Shown: positions 10,924 through 19,684 of the stretch, piece after piece | Numbering within the stretch: the first letter of the stretch is position 1 | Layout of the letters: each line of letters opens with the position of its first letter | Assembly: GCA_963735595.1 (NCBI GenBank) | Contig: CAVTLK010000005.1 | Span: forward strand, 32,001-96,000 | Length of the DNA: 64,000 nucleotides | Origin: an uncultured delta proteobacterium | Lineage (GTDB): Bacteria > Desulfobacterota > Zymogenia > Zymogenales > Zymogenaceae | Reading direction: 5' to 3' | Position numbers and translations under genes: made by a program | Notes under the pieces: model-generated | What the model was told of the DNA's origin: nothing | Seen by the model: only the letters and a program-made list of their open reading frames with translations | Databases searched by the model: none

Positions 10924-11709
10924 TTACTTCCCGAGCGGAATCATCAGCACTGACAGAAGGCCCAGCCTTTTTTCGTCTCGATAATTCGCTAACCCCAGTA
11001 CCATATCGAGGTGGCCCTTCTCCGGAGAGGCGCGGTACGTCCCCAGAAGTCGGTCCCACCACGGGAGGCTGAAACCGAAGTTTGAGTTCGTCTCTTTGAT
11101 AATGACCGAGTGGTGCACCCTGTGCATATCCGGGGTAATAACGAAAAGCCGGACTATCCTGTCCACGCTTAAAGGGATGCCTAAATTGCCGTGATTGAAC
11201 ATCGAGGCCGCATTGAGAATAACCTCGAAAATCAGAACCGCGAGGGCCGGAATCCCGAGAGCTAAAACGACCGCCGCCTTGATGCACATAGAAAGGACCA
11301 TTTCTATGGGGTGAAAGCGAATCCCACTCGTGACATCCAGATCAAGATCGGTATGGTGGACGCGATGGATGCGCCAGAAAAGGGGTATAGCATGGAACAC
11401 GATGTGCTGGAGATATATAATAAAGTCAAGCAAAAGGACCGAGAGTACAACAACCGTCCAGGGCGGCATCTGGATGTGATGGAATAATCCCCACCCTTTC
11501 TCAGAGCCCACGACGGCAAGACCGTAGGCACCGGCGCCGAAAACAAGCCGAAGGGTGATCGTATCGATAGCGGAAATGCCGAGGTTTGTAATCCACCGTC
11601 TGGACTTTGCCGTTCTCAGATCCCTGCGTGGGATTATAAGCTCCCAAAGAATAAGGATAAGAAGGATTCCAGCAAAAACCCCGAATCTGAGGAATGCTGC
11701 GTCAGTCAT
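10924..11709 (-). CDS. Sterol desaturase / fatty acid hydroxylase family membrane protein
   Basis: His boxes YLQHIVFH, HRVHH, FNHGN and HRVHHS; also SNFGF and WWDRLLGT. Confidence 0.88.
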   Translation of the reverse strand: MTDAAFLRFGVFAGILLILILWELIIPRRDLRTAKSRRWITNLGISAIDTITLRLVFGAGAYGLAVVGSEKGWGLFHHIQMPPWTVVVLSVLLLDFIIYLQHIVFHAIPLFWRIHRVHHTDLDLDVTSGIRFHPIEMVLSMCIKAAVVLALGIPALAVLIFEVILNAASMFNHGNLGIPLSVDRIVRLFVITPDMHRVHHSVIIKETNSNFGFSLPWWDRLLGTYRASPEKGHLDMVLGLANYRDEKRLGLLSVLMIPLGK

Positions 11710-11781
11710 ATTGGATGTACCTCCTTCCTTTTAAGGCCGCTCCCTATCGCCTCACCACGAGCGGCCATCCCTTGAGATTGG

Positions 11782-13164
11782 CTATTGCCCGATCCCCTTT
11801 TCGCGGCGATACCACCGGACGATCACCCCGGGCGGGATACCCAGCAGATAAGCGATGATAATGATCTGGTTTATGAGAGTCGTCTTTACGACCCCGAAGT
11901 TCCGCCACCTCCGGGCGGAGGTCGTAACCGATACGGGAGCGACGGCGACGGCCCCCCTTTTCCGCAGGCGGCGGATCATCTCGAAATCATCCATGATCGG
12001 TATCTCCGGGAATCCCCCGGTCTTATAGAAGAGATCGGCACGGATAAACAGGCCCTGGTCGCCGTACGGCATCTGAAAGAGACGCGATCGCATATTGGCC
12101 ATCCACTCGACGGCCCGAAGACCAAACCCCTTCCCATCGATGCCCAGCATGAACGCGCCCGCGACGGCGCCGGTCCGGTCGAGAAGGTCGAATATATGTC
12201 CGTCGTATCCGACGGGAAGTGCGGTATCGGCATAGACGAAGAGAAGTAGGTTACCCCGGGCCGTCCCGGCCCCGACGTTCATCTGGTGCGACCGGGGGGG
12301 AGGGCTGCTGATGACCACTACCCCCGCCGCGCGGGCGACCGCGGCGGTTCTATCGGTGCTACCCCCGTCAACGACGATGATTTCCGTTCCGGGGCCGGCA
12401 TCCCGTGCGGAATCGATCGTCCCGGCGATGGTCCCTTCCTCATTTAAGGCCGGGATGATAACCGAGACGGTCGTTGCTGAAGGGGCCTTCCGTTTTCGTC
12501 GTTGCGCACGGCGCCATACCGGGAGATCCCGGGGACGATCCACGTCGTCAAGCACGTCAAGCACGGCGTATGAGAGCCCCGCCGTCCGGGCCAGCCGTTC
12601 GGTTCTTTCGAGTACTGCCGCAGTCGACCAGGGAATGCCCGTCAAGACGGCATCTATCTGCTCCTGCCGGACGCGATCGGAAAACCCAATCAGGTAATAC
12701 CCGCCGTCTCGTGCCGGGCCGAGCACCATGTCCCGACGTGCCGAAGCGGGGCCGGCATCGGGCGTCAGCACCCCGAAGGCCCGGTTAACGATAGAATCGG
12801 TCAGGTCGGGGATATCAGTCCCGACGATGACGACCGATCCGGCGCCGGATGCAAACGTCTGCTGAAAGGCGTGCCGCATCTTCGCACCAAGGTCGCCGCT
12901 TATCTGCGGGCGGTAGCGGATCCGTCCCCCCCCGTCCCCGAACGTACGTTTCATGAGACACCGGCCCGCCTGTTCGTAATGAACCTCGACGTTCGCCCTG
13001 CGAATGAAGGATAGCCTACCTGCCCACGACAGCGTATGCTCAATCATCCCGCGCGCCAGATCGGCGGCGCCGCGCCGGCCGAGTAGCGGAATCATGCGGG
13101 TCTTGGCTTTCCCGGGCCGGGGATACTTCGTGAAGATAATCAGGCATTCGGCTGCTGTATTCAT
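11782..13164 (-). CDS. Fused TIGR04282 + TIGR04283 glycosyltransferase (arsenosugar-biosynthesis-associated)
   Basis: N-half has KYPRPGKAKTR, GDLGAKM, GTDIP, LGPARDGGYYLIG and DVDRPRDL. C-half is GT2 with VIIPALNEE, VVDGGSTD, PYGDQGLF and TSARRW. Confidence 0.85.
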   Translation of the reverse strand: MNTAAECLIIFTKYPRPGKAKTRMIPLLGRRGAADLARGMIEHTLSWAGRLSFIRRANVEVHYEQAGRCLMKRTFGDGGGRIRYRPQISGDLGAKMRHAFQQTFASGAGSVVIVGTDIPDLTDSIVNRAFGVLTPDAGPASARRDMVLGPARDGGYYLIGFSDRVRQEQIDAVLTGIPWSTAAVLERTERLARTAGLSYAVLDVLDDVDRPRDLPVWRRAQRRKRKAPSATTVSVIIPALNEEGTIAGTIDSARDAGPGTEIIVVDGGSTDRTAAVARAAGVVVISSPPPRSHQMNVGAGTARGNLLLFVYADTALPVGYDGHIFDLLDRTGAVAGAFMLGIDGKGFGLRAVEWMANMRSRLFQMPYGDQGLFIRADLFYKTGGFPEIPIMDDFEMIRRLRKRGAVAVAPVSVTTSARRWRNFGVVKTTLINQIIIIAYLLGIPPGVIVRWYRREKGIGQ

Positions 13165-13179
13165 GGGATGCGGCGATGG

Positions 13180-13905
13180 TTATTTCCCGGTTAGGTTCTC
13201 TTCTTTTTCCTTGAGGCTGTCTCTGGCATATTTGACAAGGACTGCCAGCAGTATGACGACAAGTGCCAGCGTCGCCAGTAATATCCACGGTACCCTTCCC
13301 ATGACGATGCCCTGATACAACGCGTCGGCCCCCACCACGTAAAGGATGACGCCAGGGATCATGCAGAGGAACGACCAGAGCGCATAGGTCCAGAAACGGA
13401 CTCCGGTCAATCCAAAGGCGTAGTTAAGCAGGTTAAAAGGAAAGATCGGCAACAGTCTCGTCAGGGCAACGATGACTGCACCGTGTTGTTGGGTCATCCG
13501 GTCAATTGTACGGAATCTCTCCTTTGTAGAAATCCACTGGGCGACGGCGTCCCGCGCGACGTAGCGGCTTATTATAAAGGAGAGGCTCGCCCCGACGGTG
13601 GCGCCGACGATAACGACGGCTACCCCAACGACCGAGCCAAACAGCGCCCCCGCTGCGATACTGAAGGGTGAACCGGGAAGCACCGCTACGGTCGCCAGGA
13701 CATAGATGCCGATAAAGACAACCGGGCCCCAGGGTCCCAGGCCCGAAATCCAGGTGCGAATACCTCCAAAGCTCTTTTCTATCCCGAGGACACGGAACAG
13801 AATGAAGAGCCCCAGGATGACAGCGATCAATACGATCGGTTTGGCCCAACCGGCGTGCTTCTCCTGAGCGGATTTGGACTTTTCTTTTTTTGTGGTGGTC
13901 TTCAT
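13180..13905 (-). CDS. TVP38/TMEM64 (VTT/DedA superfamily) membrane protein
   Basis: LPGSPFSIAAGALFG and RLLPIFPFNLLNYAFGLT. Confidence 0.88.
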   Translation of the reverse strand: MKTTTKKEKSKSAQEKHAGWAKPIVLIAVILGLFILFRVLGIEKSFGGIRTWISGLGPWGPVVFIGIYVLATVAVLPGSPFSIAAGALFGSVVGVAVVIVGATVGASLSFIISRYVARDAVAQWISTKERFRTIDRMTQQHGAVIVALTRLLPIFPFNLLNYAFGLTGVRFWTYALWSFLCMIPGVILYVVGADALYQGIVMGRVPWILLATLALVVILLAVLVKYARDSLKEKEENLTGK

Positions 13906-14046
13906 AAGAGTGCTCCGTTTATGGTTTCTGGACGCCCGGCACCCGTCATGCCGGATTCCCTGACGATAAAACGATCACCATTGAATTTCGTTTAATACTG
14001 ACATATAATTGAATAAGTGAATAGCATACTGCTTAAGGAGAGTTCA

Positions 14047-14520
14047 ATGGTCGTCAAAGCCGTCGTATTGGTATTTTGCCTTGCCGTTCTCGTGGGGTGC
14101 ACGGGCAAGCCCCCCAGGGACATCGGCGTTAAAGACGGGAAATTATCCCCCTGTCCGTCATCGCCCAATTGCGTCTCCTCACAGAGCGCGGCCGGTGATG
14201 AGGAGCACTATATCCAGCCGCTGACCTACTCGGGGAGCCCGGAAAACGCACGGGCCGCCCTTATCTCCGTTATCGAATCGATGAAACGCACCAAGATAAT
14301 CACCGCGGCTGATGACTATATCTACGCGGAATTTACCTCGCGGCTGTTCCGTTTCGTTGATGACGTCGAGTTCTACATCGACGACTCCGCGAAAACGATT
14401 CATGTACGATCGGCTTCCCGTCTTGGAAAGTCCGACTTAGGAGTAAATCGAAAACGGATCGAGACGATACGGGAGCTCTTTGACCGGCAGATCGGGTCAA
14501 AGCAGACGCCGAATAAATGA
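14047..14520 (+). CDS. DUF1499 family lipoprotein
   Basis: Lipobox LVGC, then CPSSPNCVSSQ, FRFVDDVEF and RSASRLGKSDLGVNRKR. Confidence 0.88.
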   Translation: MVVKAVVLVFCLAVLVGCTGKPPRDIGVKDGKLSPCPSSPNCVSSQSAAGDEEHYIQPLTYSGSPENARAALISVIESMKRTKIITAADDYIYAEFTSRLFRFVDDVEFYIDDSAKTIHVRSASRLGKSDLGVNRKRIETIRELFDRQIGSKQTPNK

Positions 14521-14572
14521 GCGGGTACCACCGGGGGTGAATGAACTCCGATCCGCAGTGGGGCGAGGCAGC

Positions 14573-16099
14573 CTACCGCGTCCATTTTAGCCACCGCGAA
14601 AATATCCGCTTGACCCCGGGAGTAAGCCTCGTACGGTTGTAGGCGTCCCCCAGTTGCCGGATGGTCTCGGCCTGGGTCGGGTAGGGATGGATAACCGAGG
14701 CTATCTTCCCCAGGCCAACGCCCGAAACCATCGCCAGGGTAATCTCGCTGATCATCTCGCCCGCATGCCGGGCCACGATTGTCGCCCCGAGGATCCTGTC
14801 GGTTCCCTTCCTGACATGAATCTTTACGAAACCTTCCTCCTCGCCGTCGAGAATCGGCCGGTCTGCGTCGGAAAAATCCTTTGTAAAGGTCTCCACGGCA
14901 ATACCTCGTTCCCGGGCGTCTCGCTCGTACATCCCCACGTGCGCTATCTCTGGGTCGGTGTAGGTCGTCCAGGGGACGATGAGCGAGGAGAGCCTTTTCT
15001 TGCCGAGGAAGAGGGCGTTCTGGATGACGATACGTGCCGCGGCATCGGCCATATGAGTGAACTTGTAGGTCATGGCCACGTCGCCGGCGGCGAAGATGTT
15101 TCTATTGCTCGTCTGGAGAAAATCGTTAACCGTAACACCGAATTTGTCGTATGCTACTCCGGCGGCCTCGAGGTTGAGTCCCTTAACCTCCGGGGCGCGG
15201 CCAACTCCCATGAGGAGCGCATCGCCCCGGACGATCCGCGATTTTTCCTGATTCCTGACATGAACGAGCGTTTTTCCCCGTTCGGCCGTGATCTTATTGA
15301 CGCCGGTGCCAAGCAGCAGGTCGATACCTTCGCGCTGAAAGGCACGGGCCAGGATAGCGGCGGCAGCGGCGTCCTCACGAATCAGGAACTGGGGCGCCAT
15401 CTCGATGATGGTGACGCGACTACCCAGCCGCCGGAAGGCCTGTGCCATCTCGCAGCCGATCGGCCCGCCGCCGACGACCACGAGGTGCCCTGGTGCCTCG
15501 GTCAGGCTAAAGATCGATTCATTGGTCAAATACCCGGATTCAGAAAGCCCCTCGATCGGCGGTACGACGGGACGCGCCCCCGTGGCGATGACGGCCTTCT
15601 TGAAGCGGATGACCGCCCCGCTTACTTCGACGCGATCGGGCCCGGCGAACCGTGCCTCTCCCAGAAAGACGTGCACGCCCAACTCTTCGGCGAATCTTTT
15701 CGCCGAATCGTGGAAGCTAATGTGAGCTCGTAGCTTTCGCATACGCTCCATCACGGCCGCGAAATCGGTCCGCGCTTCGCCGGCGCGGATGCCGAACCTT
15801 CCGGCCCCCGTGATTTCGGCCACGGTTCTAGAAGAACGGATAATCGCCTTCGAAGGTACGCAACCGGTGTTGAGGCAGTCCCCCCCCATAAGGCCGCGCT
15901 CAACGAGCGCGACTTTTGCCCCCAGGCCCGCGGCCCCGGCGGCGGTCACAAGGCCGGCAGTACCGGCACCGATAACGACCAGGTTATAGCGCTCGATCGG
16001 CGCCGGGTTAACCCAGCCGGACGGATGGGTGTTTTCGATGAGGGTTCTATTATTTGAATCCAGCGGCTTTAGGTTAATGGGAGAGTGCTTGATTCTCAT
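14573..16099 (-). CDS. MerA-like/dihydrolipoamide dehydrogenase-family pyridine nucleotide-disulfide oxidoreductase
   Basis: GAGTAG, GGDCLNTGCVPSK, GGGPIG and HPYPTQAE. Lacks the C-terminal Cys-Cys and the N-terminal metal-binding domain of true MerA. Confidence 0.85.
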   Translation of the reverse strand: MRIKHSPINLKPLDSNNRTLIENTHPSGWVNPAPIERYNLVVIGAGTAGLVTAAGAAGLGAKVALVERGLMGGDCLNTGCVPSKAIIRSSRTVAEITGAGRFGIRAGEARTDFAAVMERMRKLRAHISFHDSAKRFAEELGVHVFLGEARFAGPDRVEVSGAVIRFKKAVIATGARPVVPPIEGLSESGYLTNESIFSLTEAPGHLVVVGGGPIGCEMAQAFRRLGSRVTIIEMAPQFLIREDAAAAAILARAFQREGIDLLLGTGVNKITAERGKTLVHVRNQEKSRIVRGDALLMGVGRAPEVKGLNLEAAGVAYDKFGVTVNDFLQTSNRNIFAAGDVAMTYKFTHMADAAARIVIQNALFLGKKRLSSLIVPWTTYTDPEIAHVGMYERDARERGIAVETFTKDFSDADRPILDGEEEGFVKIHVRKGTDRILGATIVARHAGEMISEITLAMVSGVGLGKIASVIHPYPTQAETIRQLGDAYNRTRLTPGVKRIFSRWLKWTR

Positions 16100-16152
16100 G
16101 GAACCTCCGCAGGACGGGCCGGTTACGGGACCGCTTACCCTTTTTTTTAAGC

Positions 16153-17133
16153 CTATATGGACGCACCTGTCGAGGGTGTGTCGCAGACGAGCGCGCCGCC
16201 GCACGAGGACCCCGCGCCCGCCGTGCAGGCAAAACAATGGCTGCCGAAAACGATCCTGCGACGCGCGAGCTTTTCTGCGTCGAAATCCTCGATATGGTCG
16301 GGATACTCATGACCTACGGTGAGACCGAGAGCAATGTTGAAATCGCAATCGTACAATGTCCCGTCCCACGCCACGCTGATCTGGTGGCGGCACATGAGAC
16401 CGTCGATGGCTTGAGGATTGAAAGACCCTTTAAGGAGCTCGAAATAGGCGTGCCGGGTGCTCTCGTCCAGCGACGCCCCGAACCGCCCGATGGGTACATT
16501 GGTAATGGTCAGCAGGCGGGTAAAAGAAACGCCGAAGCCATCGGCCAGCCGTTCGCGGTAAGCGCTCTCGAGCCCGCTCTGCGGGCCGGGAAGGATCGGC
16601 GGAAGGGGATTGTAGACAAGATCGAGCGGCAGCTTGAGATTGCTGCCGTATCCCACCGCGTTCAGCTTCCTGATTGCGGCGATGCTTTTTTCGTATACTC
16701 CCTTGCCACGCTGGGCCGAGACGTTCTCTTCCGTATAACAGGGCAGCGATGCCGCAAGCCGTACGCCGTGATCCCTGAAGAAGGCCGGCAGCTCTTCATT
16801 GCCCGGCTCGGTGAGCGCCGTAAGGTTTGTCCGCACCTGTACGCTCAATCCGCCGTCTCTCAGCGACTCGATGAAGCGTACGAAATGAGGATTAAGCTCG
16901 GGAGCACCGCCCGTCACGTCTACCAGCTTTACCTGGGTACTGTGCGCCGCGGACAGGACCATTTCCATGACGGGCCATCCCATCATTTCCGTACGCTGCG
17001 GGGAGCATTCCAGATGGCAATGGGTGCAGTTCTGGTTACAGTAGTACCCAAGATTTACCTGAAGGGTATCGATACCGGTACTGTATAGGCCTTCGCCTTG
17101 GATTTCTTCGATCAGGTCTTTAAAATCGTCCAT
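16153..17133 (-). CDS. arsS: ArsS-type radical SAM / Cys-rich domain protein (TIGR04167-like)
   Basis: QVNLGYYCNQNCTHCH, DVTGGAPELNP, ASLPCY, YDCDFN and C-terminal HCFACTAGAGSSCGG. Confidence 0.85.
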   Translation of the reverse strand: MDDFKDLIEEIQGEGLYSTGIDTLQVNLGYYCNQNCTHCHLECSPQRTEMMGWPVMEMVLSAAHSTQVKLVDVTGGAPELNPHFVRFIESLRDGGLSVQVRTNLTALTEPGNEELPAFFRDHGVRLAASLPCYTEENVSAQRGKGVYEKSIAAIRKLNAVGYGSNLKLPLDLVYNPLPPILPGPQSGLESAYRERLADGFGVSFTRLLTITNVPIGRFGASLDESTRHAYFELLKGSFNPQAIDGLMCRHQISVAWDGTLYDCDFNIALGLTVGHEYPDHIEDFDAEKLARRRIVFGSHCFACTAGAGSSCGGALVCDTPSTGASI

Positions 17134-17288
17134 CGGCTCCTCCAAAGATAACGCGGTTACTGATATAGTATAACACGTATTCTATCTTTTGAACGGATGA
17201 CACTTTTTTTTCAATTGACTCAAATGGATCGCCGACGTATCATTCAAGAAGGGTGACTTAAACAGGTAATGTGGAAAGGAGTAGATCT

Positions 17289-18257
17289 ATGAGGAAACGA
17301 TTGATCTTCCTTGGTATCTGCATGATCATAACCGGCGCGGCCGCGGCCTGCGACGTTTCGACCGGACTTAAAGATACGGGCGATTACCCGGATTTTATCA
17401 CGTCCAATGATAACTACTACATAACCAGGATAGGGGACGTCCCGCAGATCGCCCCGGAGACGTACCGCCTCAACGTTACCGGGCTCGTTGACCGGCCCCG
17501 GTCCTTTACCCTGAAGGAGCTTACCGCCATGGCGACGGTTGAGCTCCCCCTGACGGTCGAATGTATCGGCAACACAAGCCGCGGACGACTGATTTCCACC
17601 GCCGTCTGGAAGGGATTGTTACTGGCCGACCTGCTGGAGTCGTTGGGGCTGGACCCCCGCGCTACCGGCGTTAAGTATACGGGGGCAGACGGTTACTTCG
17701 CGTCCCACACCATGGAGCAGGTAAAAGAAAACGGTATACTTGTGGCACTATACATGAACGGGGTAACAATACCTCCCGAGCAGGGATTTCCGGTGCGGAT
17801 TCTCAATCCCGGCTATTATGGCGTCAAACAACCCGCATGGGTAACGGATATCGAGGTGATCGATATGCCCATTAAGGACTATTGGGAAGAGCGTGGATGG
17901 GACTGCTCGCCGCCCATCGCGGTTGACTCGACGATTTTCTTCCCGAAAGATACGGCCAGTGTCGCCGCCGGAGAGCCGCTTACCATCGGGGGCGCCGCCT
18001 TCGGAGGAAAGCGGGTCACGCTGGTCGAGGTAACCGGGGATGGGGGTAAAACATGGACGCGGGCCGAGATTACTCAAAGCCTGGAGGCCGACAACGTCTG
18101 GGTGTTCTGGAGGGCCGAGATCACGTTCCCGGAGCCCGGAAAATACGTGGTCAATTCCCGGGCGACCGATATCAATGGAAACGTGCAGGTGGATAAAGAC
18201 CCGAACCATTACGACGGGACTAATGACTGGCCGATGCTGAAAGTGAGGGTGGAGTAA
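17289..18257 (+). CDS. Molybdopterin-dependent oxidoreductase (sulfite oxidase family), putative lipoprotein
   Basis: Mo-ligating TVECIGN, GADGY, QGFPVR, YYGVKQPAWV and a C-terminal Ig-like dimerization domain (VNSRATD). Lipobox-like AAAC. Confidence 0.8.
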   Translation: MRKRLIFLGICMIITGAAAACDVSTGLKDTGDYPDFITSNDNYYITRIGDVPQIAPETYRLNVTGLVDRPRSFTLKELTAMATVELPLTVECIGNTSRGRLISTAVWKGLLLADLLESLGLDPRATGVKYTGADGYFASHTMEQVKENGILVALYMNGVTIPPEQGFPVRILNPGYYGVKQPAWVTDIEVIDMPIKDYWEERGWDCSPPIAVDSTIFFPKDTASVAAGEPLTIGGAAFGGKRVTLVEVTGDGGKTWTRAEITQSLEADNVWVFWRAEITFPEPGKYVVNSRATDINGNVQVDKDPNHYDGTNDWPMLKVRVE

Positions 18258-18296
18258 GGAGCCGGTGGGCGGGATGGGATGTATAGCTGTGAATAT

Positions 18297-18328
18297 AAAA
18301 AGGGTTGGCGTTTTACACCAACCCTTTT
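18297..18328. terminator. Bidirectional intrinsic terminator between the Mo-oxidoreductase gene and tRNA-Ala
   Basis: AAAAGGGTTGG...CCAACCCTTTT. Confidence 0.75.
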
Positions 18329-18335
18329 CCGTCTT

Positions 18336-18411
18336 TGGTGGAGCTGAACGGGATCGAACCGTCGACCTCATGACTGCCAGTCATGCGCTCTCCCAGCTGA
18401 GCTACAGCCCC
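18336..18411 (-). tRNA. tRNA-Ala (GGC)
   Basis: Reverse complement is GGGGCTGTAGCTCAGCTGGGAGAGCGCATGACTGGCAGTCATGAGGTCGACGGTTCGATCCCGTTCAGCTCCACCA: 76 nt, G3:U70 pair, encoded CCA. Confidence 0.97.
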
Positions 18412-18423
18412 GAGTATCCTATT

Positions 18424-18452
18424 TTAATAACACGCGTCAGAAACCTTGTCAA
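18424..18452 (-). promoter_or_regulatory. sigma70-type promoter of tRNA-Ala
   Basis: TTGACA-17-TATTAA on the minus strand. Confidence 0.6.
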
Positions 18453-18589
18453 GGTTTTTTCGGCGGCTGTTTCATCGGGCGGAATACCGGCGTCCCCTCC
18501 GTAGCGTTATCCCGGATAATCCAACGGGGTCGATCCGGCAACATCTGCCGGGGCCGCCGAACGCGTTGTCCGCGCCGGCCCAAATATCC

Positions 18590-18619
18590 TTGACAGGCCG
18601 CGGGATCGTGCCGTATAAT
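18590..18619 (+). promoter_or_regulatory. sigma70 promoter of tRNA-Leu
   Basis: TTGACA-18-TATAAT just upstream of the tRNA. Confidence 0.8.
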
Positions 18620-18628
18620 CGCTCTCGT

Positions 18629-18715
18629 GCCGGAGTGGTGAAATTGGTAGACGCAGGGGACTCAAAATCCCCCGACCCCCGGGTCGTGTCGGTTCGATTC
18701 CGACCTCCGGCACCA
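18629..18715 (+). tRNA. tRNA-Leu (CAA)
   Basis: GCCGGAGTGGTGAAATTGGTAGACGCAGGGGACTCAAAATCCCCCGACCCCCGGGTCGTGTCGGTTCGATTCCGACCTCCGGCACCA: 87 nt, long variable arm, encoded CCA. Confidence 0.97.
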
Positions 18716-18732
18716 AAAATGTAAATCAGTTC

Positions 18733-18766
18733 AAGGGCTTCCGCGCAGGAGCGAAGCTCTTTTTTT
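18733..18766 (+). terminator. Intrinsic terminator after tRNA-Leu
   Basis: AGGGCTTC...GAAGCTCT followed by a T-tract. Confidence 0.7.
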
Positions 18767-18867
18767 GTCCAAATCCCCCATTACCGGCAGGCGTGTCCGT
18801 TACGGTCATCCGCTACGGCCGTTGCCGGTAAAACGGGCGTACGGCGCCCCCCTTTCTACCGACTCGC

Positions 18868-19659
18868 CTACCACTTGGCCTTCCACCACCCGGAGCCGCC
18901 GACGGAATAGACGGTGAACGTATAGGTGCCGATTCTCTGGAGCATGAAGACGTTGTTATACGGATTAATGGTCCAGTCTCCGACGAGATCTCCCTGGGGG
19001 CCGGTGATGTTAACGTTGAACTGCACGTCCTCCGGCACCTCGAAGGTGATCTGGACGGGCTCGGACACATCAACCGTGAAGACGTACGAATCGCCGGGGC
19101 CCGAAAGGCGGCTCGTTTCCGTATTGCCCATACACATGGCGGCGATGACAAGCATCATGAAGAGTAGAAAGACGATCCCGACGATGGAGGCGCACACGAT
19201 TATCGGCTTTTTCTGAGACTTCTTCTGCACGGGCGGTGTCGGCTCGGCAGCAGGGGGGGGAGGCGGCGAATCAACCGCCGTTACCTCGGCCACGGCCGCT
19301 TTCGGCGGCGGCGGCGGAGGCAAAACGGCCGTTTTCGTCTCGGTCGGGGCCGTTGTCGGTGGAGGAGGCGGCGTTTTGGTCGTGGTTTCGGCCGGGGACG
19401 TTGTTGGCGGCGGTGGGGGCGGCGGCGCGGCCGTTGCCGGTTCCTTCTTTGTCTCCGGCGTCTTTGGGGTTGAGACGGTAAACGGGGTCTGGGCGGCCGG
19501 TACCGCTTCCGACGGAGATCCGAGGCCTTCCAGCGGGGAACGCCCGGGCGCCGCGGCAGTAGGGGGAGGAGTCGGTGGCGCCGCTTCGAGCGGCGCGCCG
19601 CAATTCTTGCAGAACCTGGCGTCGTCAAGATTCTGTTGGCTGCACTTCGGACAGAGCAT
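18868..19659 (-). CDS. Zinc-ribbon / Pro-rich linker / single TM / small C-terminal beta domain protein
   Basis: MLCPKCSQQNLDDARFCKNCG, poly-Pro/Thr/Ala linker, hydrophobic helix and a PPC-like beta-rich tail. Confidence 0.75.
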   Translation of the reverse strand: MLCPKCSQQNLDDARFCKNCGAPLEAAPPTPPPTAAAPGRSPLEGLGSPSEAVPAAQTPFTVSTPKTPETKKEPATAAPPPPPPPTTSPAETTTKTPPPPPTTAPTETKTAVLPPPPPPKAAVAEVTAVDSPPPPPAAEPTPPVQKKSQKKPIIVCASIVGIVFLLFMMLVIAAMCMGNTETSRLSGPGDSYVFTVDVSEPVQITFEVPEDVQFNVNITGPQGDLVGDWTINPYNNVFMLQRIGTYTFTVYSVGGSGWWKAKW

Positions 19660-19684
19660 CGTTTACCTCAATAAATCGTAATGG

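Noticed and set aside
14573..16099. Mercuric reductase merA / mercury resistance
   Set aside because: No C-terminal Cys-Cys, no N-terminal metal-binding domain and no mer operon genes.
16153..16240. Selenocysteine in the ArsS GSSxGG tail
   Set aside because: The codon is TGC (Cys) and the ORF is uninterrupted.
19230..19600. GGC/GGN-rich repeats
   Set aside because: Explained by the poly-Pro linker codons of the zinc-ribbon protein.
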